From Verrucomicrobiota bacterium (GTDB taxonomy: Bacteria > Verrucomicrobiota > Verrucomicrobiia > Chthoniobacterales > UBA10450), in contig JBKOWV010000059.1 in NCBI GenBank assembly GCA_046724585.1, forward strand, positions 16,612 through 80,611: a DNA stretch of 64,000 nucleotides. Reading direction: 5' to 3'. Position 1 is the first letter of the stretch. Each line of letters opens with the position of its first letter. Under the pieces are notes generated by a model that worked only from the letters and a program-made list of their open reading frames with translations, made no database searches and was not told the DNA's origin. The translations under genes and the position numbers were made by a program. Of the stretch, positions 8,719-18,121 are shown piece by piece.

Positions 8719-10311
8719 ATGCTGCATTTACGCGCTCTCACGATCTCGTTTGCGATCGCAATCGCTCTGTCGTGTGGGGAGCGCGGCTTCGCCAATGAGA
8801 AAGTGCGGGCAAAGCGCCATGTGGTGGTTGTCGTTTGGGACGGGATGCGGCCGGATTTCGTGAGCGAGGAAAACACGCCCACGCTTTGGGAACTGGCGAG
8901 GGAAGGCGTCATTTTTCGTAATCACCACGCCGTGTATCCGAGCGCGACGAACGTAAACGGAACAGCGATGGTTACAGGCGTTTATCCTGGGAAGAACGGC
9001 GTGATTGCAAATTATGTGTATCGCCCGGAAATCGATCGCGCGCGATCAGTCTTTGTCGAAACTCCGGCGGTCGTGGACAAGGGAGATGAATTATCCGGTG
9101 GAAAATACATTTCGTTTCCGACGATTGCCGAGCTCGTGCAAGGCGCAGGAGGACGCACGGTGATTGCTACCGCAAAAACCGTTGGGTTTTTGCTGGATCG
9201 ACATCGCGATCCGGACCGTGCGAAAAACAGCCTTACGCTTTTCGCAGGCAAAGCGCTCCCGCGCGATGCGTTGTCGTTGATTGCCACGCTTGGTGTATTT
9301 CCGTCTGCCTCTTTGCAGAAGGACGTCTGGACGACGAACGCCGTAACCGATTTTTTCTGGAAAGATGGCGTGCCGGCTTTTTCGTTTCTTTGGTTGGGAA
9401 ACCCAGATCTGACACAGCACGAAACTGCGCCAGGTGCGCCGTCGGCGCTGGCCGCGGTCAAATCGTCTGATAAAAATCTCGCGGCAGTTCTTTCGGCATT
9501 AGATCGACAAAATATGCGCGAAACAACAGACGTGTTTGTCGTTTCGGATCATGGCTTCTCCACAATCAAACGGTCGGTTGATCTGCGGAAAATTCTCCGC
9601 GATGCCGGCTTCAGCGCGAAGACCGAATTTACCGATGAGCCGAAGCGCGGAGATATCATGGTGGTCGGAAACGGTGGCAGCGTTCTGTTTTATATTGAGG
9701 GCCACGACCCCGAAGTTACGCGTCGTCTCCTTGAATTTCTGCAGCAGACGGATTTCGCTGGAGTGGTTTTCACGAAAGAGCCAATGCCGGGGACGTTCAA
9801 TCTGAGTGAAGCTGGAATCGATAGTCGGCACGCGCCAGATGTGGTGATGGCGTTCCGCTGGAACGATTCGAAAAATCAGTTCGGTGTTCGCGGAATGATT
9901 GACGCGGATTGGCAACGAGAAGCAGGAGAGGGGACACATGCCACTCTAAGCCGGTTCGACATGCTCAATACCTTGATCGCGGCCGGGCCGGATTTCCGTC
10001 GCGGTGAGATAGTCGATTTGCCAAGTGGGAATATCGATCTTGCGCCGACGATTCTGCGCATTCTTGGAATCACACCGCCGCAAACGTTGGATGGCAGAAT
10101 TCTTTCCGAAGCGATGATCGATATCGACATGCCGGCGTTGAAGCCGGAAACCAAAACGATTGAAGCGACAAAAGATTTTCCATCGGGAAGCTGGCGACAA
10201 TCGCTTCAAATCTCACGCGTCGGCTCGACGCTTTATCTTGACCAAGGCAATGGCGCATTTGTTCCGACAGGCGGAAAGCAAGACGGTATGCGGTCTATCC
10301 CGGCCTACTGA
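8719..10311 (+). CDS. type I phosphodiesterase / nucleotide pyrophosphatase family protein
   Basis: Signal peptide, then the alkaline-phosphatase-superfamily motifs VVVVWDGMRPDF and VVSDHGFS. Confidence 0.8.
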   Translation: MLHLRALTISFAIAIALSCGERGFANEKVRAKRHVVVVVWDGMRPDFVSEENTPTLWELAREGVIFRNHHAVYPSATNVNGTAMVTGVYPGKNGVIANYVYRPEIDRARSVFVETPAVVDKGDELSGGKYISFPTIAELVQGAGGRTVIATAKTVGFLLDRHRDPDRAKNSLTLFAGKALPRDALSLIATLGVFPSASLQKDVWTTNAVTDFFWKDGVPAFSFLWLGNPDLTQHETAPGAPSALAAVKSSDKNLAAVLSALDRQNMRETTDVFVVSDHGFSTIKRSVDLRKILRDAGFSAKTEFTDEPKRGDIMVVGNGGSVLFYIEGHDPEVTRRLLEFLQQTDFAGVVFTKEPMPGTFNLSEAGIDSRHAPDVVMAFRWNDSKNQFGVRGMIDADWQREAGEGTHATLSRFDMLNTLIAAGPDFRRGEIVDLPSGNIDLAPTILRILGITPPQTLDGRILSEAMIDIDMPALKPETKTIEATKDFPSGSWRQSLQISRVGSTLYLDQGNGAFVPTGGKQDGMRSIPAY

Positions 10312-10343
10312 TTGACATCAATATCAACGGGAACTACCTCGCA

Positions 10344-11324
10344 ATGGTTCGATCTCTTACATCGGTTATCTTACGTGCCCCGGTTCCGGCTATTGCTTTC
10401 CTTTGCGCGCTTTTTGTTTCAACTGACAACTCTTTCTCGCACGGATTTGCCGGCAAGCGCTTTTTCCCTGCGACGCTCTCGACCGATGACCCGTTCGTAG
10501 CCGACGAGCTTTCGTTTCCCACGATTTCGAGCATCGTCACACCGGAGGCAAGCGGCACGCGAGACACCGAGGTTTCGGTGGACATCGCCAAACGCATCAC
10601 GCCAAATTTTGGTATCGAGGCGAGCGAAACACTTCTGGTACTTCAGCCGCGTGGGGAGCGCTCAGTGAGCGGCTTCGGCAATCTCGAACTTGGCGCCAAA
10701 TATGAATTTTTCGAGAATGATGACCATGAGACCATCCTTCCGCTAGGTCTCGAAGCGGAAGTTGGCGGCACAGGCAGCAAGCGGGTAGGGTCCGACTCGT
10801 TTAGCACTTGGACTCCAGCTTTATTTTTTGGCAAGGGCATGGGCGATTTGCCGCAAGGCCTTTCGTTCCTTCGTCCGCTCGCGATCACGGGCGTCATCAG
10901 TTTTGTGATCCCCACCAGCGCGAGCACACGCACATTCGCTGCCAACGGACAAACGGGCGAGAGCGAAGTCGATATTGAACGCCATCCCGATGTGCTGCAA
11001 TACGGCTTCGCTGTGGAATACAGCTTTATCTCCTTGCAGGAGCAAGTGAAGGACATCGGCTTGCGTGTGCCCTTCGATCACCTGATTCCGCTTGTTGAGC
11101 TTGCCTTCGAAACGCCGTTCGATCGCGGACAGCGCGGGCAGACTACAGGAACGATAAACCCAGGGATAATCTGGTCTGGAAAATATTTTCAGGTCGGCGC
11201 GGAAGCAGTCATCCCCATCAATTCACGCACTGGGAACGCCACCGGCTTCATTGCGCAGTTGCACTTCTATCTAGATGATCTGTTCCCTCACACCATTGGG
11301 CGACCTTTGTTTGGACGAAAATAA
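10344..11324 (+). CDS. putative outer-membrane beta-barrel protein, function unknown
   Basis: 326 aa with signal-like N-terminus, alternating beta-strand-like pattern and a C-terminal aromatic-rich end. The family assignment (MetA-pathway/transporter-like) is only a guess. Confidence 0.5.
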   Translation: MVRSLTSVILRAPVPAIAFLCALFVSTDNSFSHGFAGKRFFPATLSTDDPFVADELSFPTISSIVTPEASGTRDTEVSVDIAKRITPNFGIEASETLLVLQPRGERSVSGFGNLELGAKYEFFENDDHETILPLGLEAEVGGTGSKRVGSDSFSTWTPALFFGKGMGDLPQGLSFLRPLAITGVISFVIPTSASTRTFAANGQTGESEVDIERHPDVLQYGFAVEYSFISLQEQVKDIGLRVPFDHLIPLVELAFETPFDRGQRGQTTGTINPGIIWSGKYFQVGAEAVIPINSRTGNATGFIAQLHFYLDDLFPHTIGRPLFGRK

Positions 11325-11328
11325 GCTG

Positions 11329-11693
11329 ATGAAGTGGTTCAGGAATATTTATTTAATGTTGCTGCTGACCGGCGCAGCCGTAGCGCACGCTTACGCGCAT
11401 GCGTTTGTCGACCACGCCGAACCTGCAGTGGGTAGTAAAGTTAAACAGATACCTAACGAGGTGCGGCTCTGGTTCACCGAGCCGATCGAGCCGGCTTCCA
11501 GCAGCATTAAGGTCTTTGATGCAACGGGAAAGAAATTGACAAAAAGGACGTGCACGCTGACACAAAAAACAAGGCTGTGCTGCAGGTCTCATTGCCCTCG
11601 CTCACACCGGGAACGTACAAAGTAATATGGCGAGTGGTCTCGGTTGATAGCCACGTTACGAACGGCGATTTCACATTTCAGTTCGTTCATTAG
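11329..11693 (+). pseudogene. copC: CopC-domain copper-binding protein, frameshifted
   Basis: Signal peptide plus HAFVDHAEPAVGSKV...VRLWFTEPIEP...IKVFDATGK in frame 1. The frame then shifts near 11527-11537. The shifted frame reads EIDKKDVHADTKNKAVLQVSLPSLTPGTYKVIWRVVSVDSHVTNGDFTFQFVH-stop (TAG 11691-11693), which is the canonical CopC C-terminus. Confidence 0.8.
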
Positions 11694-11789
11694 CGCTTAC
11701 AGCAGCGCTACAGGTTGTGTCGGATTACCGTTTGCACGCTGGAATATCCGTCCAGTTTTAGAAATTTGCGCAGGCGCGTGGCTACACAG

Positions 11790-14345
11790 TTACGACCAGG
11801 TGATGAGACGCAGTTCGTGCGCTTGCATGAGATGAGAGTGAGTGGGAACAACGCGCACGCTGAAGCCGTAGGTGCCGCTTTCAGAGGCGGGGACTGATCC
11901 CTGGTAAATGTAATTGCCGTCCCCATCTGCCTGGCTGCTCTGATTCAGGACGGTCGCCGCGGGATTGCGGATGTCGCCGTTATCTACTTCGCCGTGGTAC
12001 GCCTCCACGCGCACGTGTTTTGGATCGACTGCGCCGAGATGAACTCGCGCGCTGATCTGTAATGATTCACCAACCGAAATGTTTTTCCGATCTTTGTTCC
12101 CGATCTGGACATCGAAAATCTGCACTTGCGGCCAATCTTTCCGCATCTGCGTTTTCCAATGGCTCAGTTGCGTCGCGGCGCCGCAACCGTCGCGAGAAAA
12201 ATCTTCGTACGATCGCGCGGCGGGAATGTAGAGCCGCTCAGTATATTCCTTCACCATTCGCTGAGTGTTGAACACGGGCGTGACGCTTCGAATCGATTCA
12301 CGCATCAGTTGCAACCAGGCAAGGGGAAGTTTGCCGTCCGGCTTCGCGTAATAGAGCGGGATGATCTGGTTCTCGAGCAATTGATAAAGACTGCTCGCGT
12401 CCACTTCGTTTTGAAATTCGCTTGTGCCATTATCGATCTCGGCGCCAATCGCCCAGCCGTTGTTGCCGTGGTAGCCCTCACGCCACCAGCCGTCGAGCAC
12501 GCTCAGATTGATCCCGCCATTGGGCGCCGATTTCATCCCGCTTGTCCCACTTGCCTCCAGTGGCCGGAGTGGATGATTCAACCAGAGATCGACTCCCTGC
12601 ACGAGACGGCGCGCGATGTAGCTATCGTAGTCTTCCAGGAAAACGATGCGATTTTCGACTCCCGGTTCGCGGCTAAATTTGTAAACTTCCTGAATGAGCG
12701 CCTTGCCAGCTTCGTCACGCGGATGCGCTTTGCCTGCGAAAATAAATTGCACGGGTCGCGTTGTGTCATTGAGCAATCGCTTCAGCCGTTCCTTGTCGCT
12801 AAACAAGAGCGTGGCCCGTTTGTAAGTGGCGAAACGGCGCGCGAAACCGACGGTCAAAATTTCCGGGTCGAGAATCCGATTTGCCCTGCGAATGGCTTCC
12901 GGCGATTCTCCCAGGCGCTCGCGCCGCCGCCGCTCCCACTCGCGGACAAATCCGATGAGACGCAATTTGAGGTTTTGATGCGTCTCCCAAAGTTGGGCAT
13001 CCGGAATATCGATAACTCCGCGCCAGAAATCGGGTTCGGTAAGATGCTCCTCCCATGCACCGAGATGCTTGTTATAAAGCGCCGAAAACTCGGGCGCCAT
13101 CCATGTTTTAGTGTGAACACCGTTGGTAATGCTGGTGATCGGGACCTCGTGCACCGGCACGCCTGTCCAGACATCTTTCCAAAGCAATCGAGTAACTTCG
13201 CCGTGCAATTTGCTTACGCCGTTGGCGTGCCGGCTCAAGCGCAACGCAAGAATGGTCATGCTGAACGGGTCGTTTGGATTGACGCGCGTCTGGCCGAATG
13301 AGAACAACTCGTCGAACGGAATGTCGAGTTCCCTGGCAAACGTGCCGAAATATTTTTTCATCATCTCGCGCGAGAATGAATCGTTGCCAGCAGGTACCGG
13401 CGTGTGAGTGGTGAAGACATTGGCCGCCGCCACGACTTGGAGGGCGGAATAGAAGTCGAGCTTCTTCTGGATGATGTTGAGGCGAATGCGTTCGAGCGCG
13501 AGAAACGCTGAGTGCCCTTCATTCATGTGAAAGACGTCAGGCTCGATGCCGAGCGCGTTAAGCGCTTTCACTCCGCCGATCCCCAGCATGATTTCCTGAC
13601 GCATCCGCATCTCCAGATCGCCGCCATAAAGCTCAGCGGTGAGCAATCGGTCCTCAGCGCTGTTTTCCGGAGTGTCTGTATCGAGAAGATAAACCTTGAT
13701 CCGGCCCACACGTAGCTCCCAAAGCTTCGCGAAAACTTCGCGGTCCAGGATTGGCACCGAAATCAGCAGATTGGCGTCGCCCCGACGGACTTCGCTGATC
13801 GGCAGGTGATAAAAGTTTTGATTCAGACTGATCGCTTCCTGGACGCCCTCCTTGTCGATCTGCTGTCTGAAATAACCATGGCGGTAGAGCAGCCCAATCC
13901 CGACAAAGTTTAGATCAAGATCGCTCGCCGATTTGCAATGATCGCTGGCCAGGATGCCGAGGCCGCCGGAATAATTCGGGATCGATTCGTGAAAGCCAAA
14001 TTCGGCGGAAAAATAAGCGATGGGGTTTTTGATTGCACTGCCGGCTCCGGTTTTTCCATAAGTGTCCTTGCGACCCAAATATTTCTCGAACGCCTCGAAA
14101 ACCTGCTTTAGCTCGCGGAGAAAAGTTTTGTCCTGTGAAAGTTCTTCCAGCCGCGATTGGCGGGACAGTTGGAGCATACGGACCGGGTTGTGATTGGTCC
14201 GATTCCAGAGCTCGGGGTCGAGGTGTCGGAAAAGGCGGCGCGCAGAGGGCTCCCACGTCCACCAAAGGTTGAAACTCAACTCGCGCAGCGGCTCGACCGT
14301 CGCCGGCAAGGTCGGAGTAACGTTGTAAGTTTGAAAAGTCGGCAT
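11790..14345 (-). CDS. glgP: alpha-glucan (glycogen/maltodextrin) phosphorylase, GT35
   Basis: 851 aa. EASGTSGMKSAPNGG pyridoxal-phosphate lysine motif and LSVLDGWW. Confidence 0.93.
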   Translation of the reverse strand: MPTFQTYNVTPTLPATVEPLRELSFNLWWTWEPSARRLFRHLDPELWNRTNHNPVRMLQLSRQSRLEELSQDKTFLRELKQVFEAFEKYLGRKDTYGKTGAGSAIKNPIAYFSAEFGFHESIPNYSGGLGILASDHCKSASDLDLNFVGIGLLYRHGYFRQQIDKEGVQEAISLNQNFYHLPISEVRRGDANLLISVPILDREVFAKLWELRVGRIKVYLLDTDTPENSAEDRLLTAELYGGDLEMRMRQEIMLGIGGVKALNALGIEPDVFHMNEGHSAFLALERIRLNIIQKKLDFYSALQVVAAANVFTTHTPVPAGNDSFSREMMKKYFGTFARELDIPFDELFSFGQTRVNPNDPFSMTILALRLSRHANGVSKLHGEVTRLLWKDVWTGVPVHEVPITSITNGVHTKTWMAPEFSALYNKHLGAWEEHLTEPDFWRGVIDIPDAQLWETHQNLKLRLIGFVREWERRRRERLGESPEAIRRANRILDPEILTVGFARRFATYKRATLLFSDKERLKRLLNDTTRPVQFIFAGKAHPRDEAGKALIQEVYKFSREPGVENRIVFLEDYDSYIARRLVQGVDLWLNHPLRPLEASGTSGMKSAPNGGINLSVLDGWWREGYHGNNGWAIGAEIDNGTSEFQNEVDASSLYQLLENQIIPLYYAKPDGKLPLAWLQLMRESIRSVTPVFNTQRMVKEYTERLYIPAARSYEDFSRDGCGAATQLSHWKTQMRKDWPQVQIFDVQIGNKDRKNISVGESLQISARVHLGAVDPKHVRVEAYHGEVDNGDIRNPAATVLNQSSQADGDGNYIYQGSVPASESGTYGFSVRVVPTHSHLMQAHELRLITWS

Positions 14346-14424
14346 GCCAACGCAGCGAGGAAGCAGAGACGGAGTTAATCAAGAAAAGCTCATCGGGCAA
14401 GTTTTCGTCGACTGGCGGTGTTGG

Positions 14425-15456
14425 TCAGTTCCGTCCGGGGTCAACGAGAGCGGCCGTGGATCGCGGCGCAAGGACAAGCCCAAGAAAGAATCCGGCAATT
14501 AATCCGCAAAGATGCGCCGCCATGCTCACCTGCGGCGTCGAGAGATCGAAGGCGGTTTGTATTACGATGATCATAAAAATATTTGCCAGGCGCTGCTTCG
14601 CGTGCGCCGCGTGACGATGGTGCAGCAAAAATCCCGCCCACGCGCCGACGATGCCCATTATGCAGCCCGATGCGCCGACCAGCTGGAACACTTGCACGAT
14701 ACCAATCACCGTCAGCACGACAACCCCTGCGCTGGAGGCAAGCCCTGAAATCAAATAACACAGCGCGAATCGCACCGCGCCAATCGATCGCTCCAGCGGC
14801 GGCCCAAGAACATAAAGCGCGAAAAGATTGAAAAGCAGATGTGTGAAACCTCCGTGCAGGAAAAGTGCCGTGAAAAGACGCCAGTACTGGCCCTGCACCA
14901 GAACCGCGTAAGGCTCGAGCGCGCCGATCTGATGCAGAACTTCCGGGTTGTTCCAATCGCCAAACGAAATTTCGAAGAGGAACGCGGCCGCGTTGAGGAG
15001 AATCAGGATGAGAACGGCAGGCGCGCCCCGGAAATAACGAGGTTGAACCTGCTGAGTGATTTCATCCTTGACCGCAACTGAACTGAAAGTGGCTCGGTGG
15101 CTCTGACGAGATTCCAAATGATGAAATAGTCGAACCTGCTCGCGCAACTCAGTGCTCGGATGCAAAATTTGAAGTGTCGCTCCAAGTTTTCTGGCCGATT
15201 TGTAGTCTCCCCTGGCGGCGAACTCCGTCATTTTACGTAATCCAATTGCCGGGAGAAAGAGGAGAGCGAACCAGGCCCCGCCTCCGATGTAACCGGCCGC
15301 GCCGCGCGAGAACATCCAGGCGAGGCCAGTAATCACCAGAACGACGAGCGCGGCGATACGCCAGCCACGATAAGCTCCACCGGGACGCCATGCTCGCGCC
15401 AGGACAAGCAGAGGTGAAACGACCGCGAGAAAAAGAAAAATATGATTCAGGTCCAC
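14425..15456 (-). CDS. rhomboid-family intramembrane serine protease
   Basis: HGGFTHLLFNLFALY, GASGCIMG (GxSG) and the downstream AHLCGLIAG histidine motif. Multi-TM. Confidence 0.85.
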   Translation of the reverse strand: MDLNHIFLFLAVVSPLLVLARAWRPGGAYRGWRIAALVVLVITGLAWMFSRGAAGYIGGGAWFALLFLPAIGLRKMTEFAARGDYKSARKLGATLQILHPSTELREQVRLFHHLESRQSHRATFSSVAVKDEITQQVQPRYFRGAPAVLILILLNAAAFLFEISFGDWNNPEVLHQIGALEPYAVLVQGQYWRLFTALFLHGGFTHLLFNLFALYVLGPPLERSIGAVRFALCYLISGLASSAGVVVLTVIGIVQVFQLVGASGCIMGIVGAWAGFLLHHRHAAHAKQRLANIFMIIVIQTAFDLSTPQVSMAAHLCGLIAGFFLGLVLAPRSTAALVDPGRN

Positions 15457-15465
15457 ATTGAGAGT

Positions 15466-15761
15466 TTAAAGTTAAAAGAGTTAGTTCGTTACAAGAATTG
15501 CATCGTAAGCGAAGCTGGTTCAGTCGTGATTCGCTAAAGCGTTCAAAGGTTAAAGCGAGAATGCGTTATTTGTCATTCTGAGCGAAGCGAAGAATCTCTG
15601 ATTATTTTTGGCCGCTCATCCGTCGCAAACCGCATAGTGAGAGATGTTTCGCTTCGCTCAACATGACAGATGGAGGAGCCGCTTAACGATTAGATGATTT
15701 AACCCTTCAACACTTCAACGTTCTTCTTTGTAACCTTTGTAACTCATGTAACTTTTTAACC
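15466..15761. repeat. nested palindromic repeat: GTAAC-rich outer arms (family F) enclosing a family A element
   Basis: The left arm TTTAAAGTTAAAAGAGTTAGTTCGTTACAAGAA is the inverted match of the right arm TTCTTTGTAACCTTTGTAACTCATGTAACTTTTTAACC. It fills nearly all of the rhomboid/dsbA-like divergent spacer. Confidence 0.6.
15571..15668. repeat. MITE-like palindromic element, family A copy 1
   Basis: TGTCATTCTGAGCGAAGCGAAGAATCTC ... GAGATGTTTCGCTTCGCTCAACATGACA, with about 28-bp terminal inverted repeats. Confidence 0.85.
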
Positions 15762-15775
15762 TGAATAATTCGAAC

Positions 15776-16432
15776 ATGCGCATCACCGTCACCTACTACC
15801 TCGATGTCATCTCTTCGTGGTGCTTTTGGGCGGAGCCGGCCTGGGCGGAATTAAAAAAACGTTACGATGGCAAAGCCGAATTTCTGTGGAGGATCGCCCT
15901 GATGGATAAGTCTGGTCTTCCCACATCGCCGGAGCAACATGAATGGTTCTATCGGCGCAGCGGAACAATCATGCGCTCGCCATTCATGCTGAGAAGCGAT
16001 TGGCGCGACCACAATCAATCGGAATATCTTGCGCCAAATTGCGTGGCGGAAGCGGCCAAAGACTTTGGGGTTGCGGACGACCGCGTCCGTCTCGCGCTTG
16101 CCTACTCCGGGCTGCGCGAAGGCAAACATTTCGAGGACTGGAAGGTCGCCGCGGAGATTGCGGCGAAGGTGGCCAATCTTGATGTAAACGAGTTGCTTGA
16201 ACGCGCGCGCTCGATCGTTATTGAAACGCGAGTCCGTGCCGGCACCGCTGATTTTCATTTGTTGCAAGTGACGCAGCGGCCGACCTTTGTGTTTGACAGC
16301 GAAATTGGGGACCGCGCCGTTTTTTCCGGATTCGTGAGATTCCCGCCGCTTGCCGCCGCGCTGGACTCGATCCTCGATGACGCGGAAGCCTACGCCTCAT
16401 ACCAAGCGCATTTCGGCGAACCACCGTCGTGA
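15776..16432 (+). CDS. DsbA-family thioredoxin-fold protein (monothiol SxxC type)
   Basis: 218 aa. N-terminal YLDVISSWCFWAEP matches the DsbA/FrnE/HCCA-isomerase-like active-site position, with Ser replacing the first Cys. Confidence 0.65.
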   Translation: MRITVTYYLDVISSWCFWAEPAWAELKKRYDGKAEFLWRIALMDKSGLPTSPEQHEWFYRRSGTIMRSPFMLRSDWRDHNQSEYLAPNCVAEAAKDFGVADDRVRLALAYSGLREGKHFEDWKVAAEIAAKVANLDVNELLERARSIVIETRVRAGTADFHLLQVTQRPTFVFDSEIGDRAVFSGFVRFPPLAAALDSILDDAEAYASYQAHFGEPPS

Positions 16433-16686
16433 TCTGGAGCCGCTTGATTGTGGGACAATGGACACCTGATTGTCACCAGATTGGCCTTGCCAGCGCAAAA
16501 ATGTTGCCTACAACTTGTTCTCGGCGCGCGATTATTAATGCGAGCACGTCACCGCGGTCATCGCAGCTGCGGCGACGCCAGAGTGTTTCGACCAATTCAC
16601 CCAAGTGAAAAGTCGAAGAACTGCGACAAAGAAAAATGCGGCGTTGCGGCGCACTCCCGTTCCGCCGGCCAGGAGCTTGATTTAAT

Positions 16687-17274
16687 CTGCAACAACAATT
16701 TCGTGTAAACGGTCGGATTCGCGCCCGCGAAGTCCGAGTCATTTTAGGATCCACAGGCGAACAGCTCGGCATCATGAAATTGTCGGATGCCTTGCGCAAA
16801 GCCCAGGGCATTGGCCTTGATCTGGTCGAGATTGCGCCCACCGCGAACCCGCCGGTTTGCAAAATCGTCGCGCTCGGAAAATTCAGATACGATATTTCCA
16901 AGCATGAGAGGGACAAGAGACCGGCAGGCGCGAAGCTGAAAGAACTCAAGTTTCGCGTTAATATCGACGACCACGATTATCTGACAAAGATCCGTCACGG
17001 CGAAGAATTCCTCGATCGAGGAAATAAAGTCCGGGTCCAGCTGCAATTTCGCGGTCGGGAAATGGCACACCAAGAACTTGGCATGCAGCTGATGGAAAAA
17101 GTACGCGATGACCTCTCCAGCATGTCTCAGGTGGAAATGGAACCGAAAATCACCGGTCGCAACGTAACGATGACGCTCTCACCGTTGCCGGCAAATCGCC
17201 GGAAACGGCGATTCACTTCGCCATCGAAAACAGCCGACGAAGGCGAACCCGCTGTCTCGCCGAACAACAGCTAA
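16687..17274 (+). CDS. infC: translation initiation factor IF-3, non-canonical start
   Basis: The IF-3 core (PPVCKIVALGKFRY, LQFRGREMAHQELG) lies in ORF 16774..17274. The conserved N-terminus RVNGRIRAREVRVILGSTGEQLGIM continues in frame upstream to a TGA at 16678. The only near-cognate start there is CTG 16687, 11 nt after AGGAG (16671-16675). Confidence 0.75.
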   Translation: MQQQFRVNGRIRAREVRVILGSTGEQLGIMKLSDALRKAQGIGLDLVEIAPTANPPVCKIVALGKFRYDISKHERDKRPAGAKLKELKFRVNIDDHDYLTKIRHGEEFLDRGNKVRVQLQFRGREMAHQELGMQLMEKVRDDLSSMSQVEMEPKITGRNVTMTLSPLPANRRKRRFTSPSKTADEGEPAVSPNNS

Positions 17275-17410
17275 TCGGCCCCTCTGTAGAATTTGCCACG
17301 AGCTGAGAAGAACCTCAGCAACCCATATCGCCGCGCCAACGCTGCTCCCCATTTGGATCGGCGCCAACGGCGGGGTCGGCTTGGCGATCTGATGCTAACG
17401 ACTGCGCAAC

Positions 17411-18046
17411 TCAGGGCGTCCTTGCGGCTGCTGGTGACGCTTTCGGCGAGGTGGCTGGTAGCGGCGGAGCCGGCGATGCGCTCAGCTCTTGCCGCTTTTC
17501 CAATCGGGCTTTACGGCTTTTTGCTTCCTCGTTGTTTGGATCCAGCTTTAGAGCTTGTTCTGTGTCGGCCATCGAACTTTTTATGTCCTCCTTCGTTTCG
17601 TAGATGTAACCGCGTAACAGATAATAGCGGACCTCCTTTGGTTTGAGCTTGATCGCCTCGGAATAATCGGCCAGCGCCTTATCATAGGCGTTTGTTTTCA
17701 TTTCAACATACGCGCGACGCTCATAGATGCCCGCGTCATCCGGTTTCAGCTTCAGTGCTTCGCTAAAGTCGGCAATCGCCTCCGGGTATTGTTGCTGAGT
17801 CGTGTATTCCATTCCCCGGTGTTGCAGGGCGGAGACGAGGTTTGGCTCTTGCTTGCGATCAAGCTCGGTCGCCTTGCGGAAGGCATCGACTGCTTTGTCC
17901 CAGTCTTTGGCTTCCGTCGCCTCAAATCCCTCACGCGAATATTTGGCAGCTTCTTTAGCGGCTTGTTTGTTGGCTTGTGCCTGGGCGAAGTGCGAGAAGC
18001 AAAGAGCCAGAGCAATCATTAAAGTAAAGGCAGAATATTTTTTCAT
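17411..18046 (-). CDS. secreted TPR-repeat protein
   Basis: Signal peptide MKKYSAFTLMIALALCFSHFAQA followed by several 34-aa TPR-like units (AIADFSEALKLKPDD, ALADYSEAIKLKPKE, ...). Confidence 0.8.
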   Translation of the reverse strand: MKKYSAFTLMIALALCFSHFAQAQANKQAAKEAAKYSREGFEATEAKDWDKAVDAFRKATELDRKQEPNLVSALQHRGMEYTTQQQYPEAIADFSEALKLKPDDAGIYERRAYVEMKTNAYDKALADYSEAIKLKPKEVRYYLLRGYIYETKEDIKSSMADTEQALKLDPNNEEAKSRKARLEKRQELSASPAPPLPATSPKASPAAARTP

Positions 18047-18121
18047 GATTTCTGTTGGACATTAGCCGTTTTGAAAGAATTCGAAACTCAGGCCACGAAT
18101 AGCTGGCCGCAAGTGCAACCT

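Noticed and set aside
12126-13301. Long ORFs antisense to well-supported genes: 12126..13301 opposite glgP, 33623..34405 opposite lpd, 43553..44341 and 44645..45367 opposite glnS, 50475..51458 opposite the RND permease.
   Set aside because: Each lies fully inside a gene with strong family motifs on the other strand. Their translations are Arg/Ala/His-rich with low complexity, as expected for stop-poor antisense frames in GC-rich DNA.
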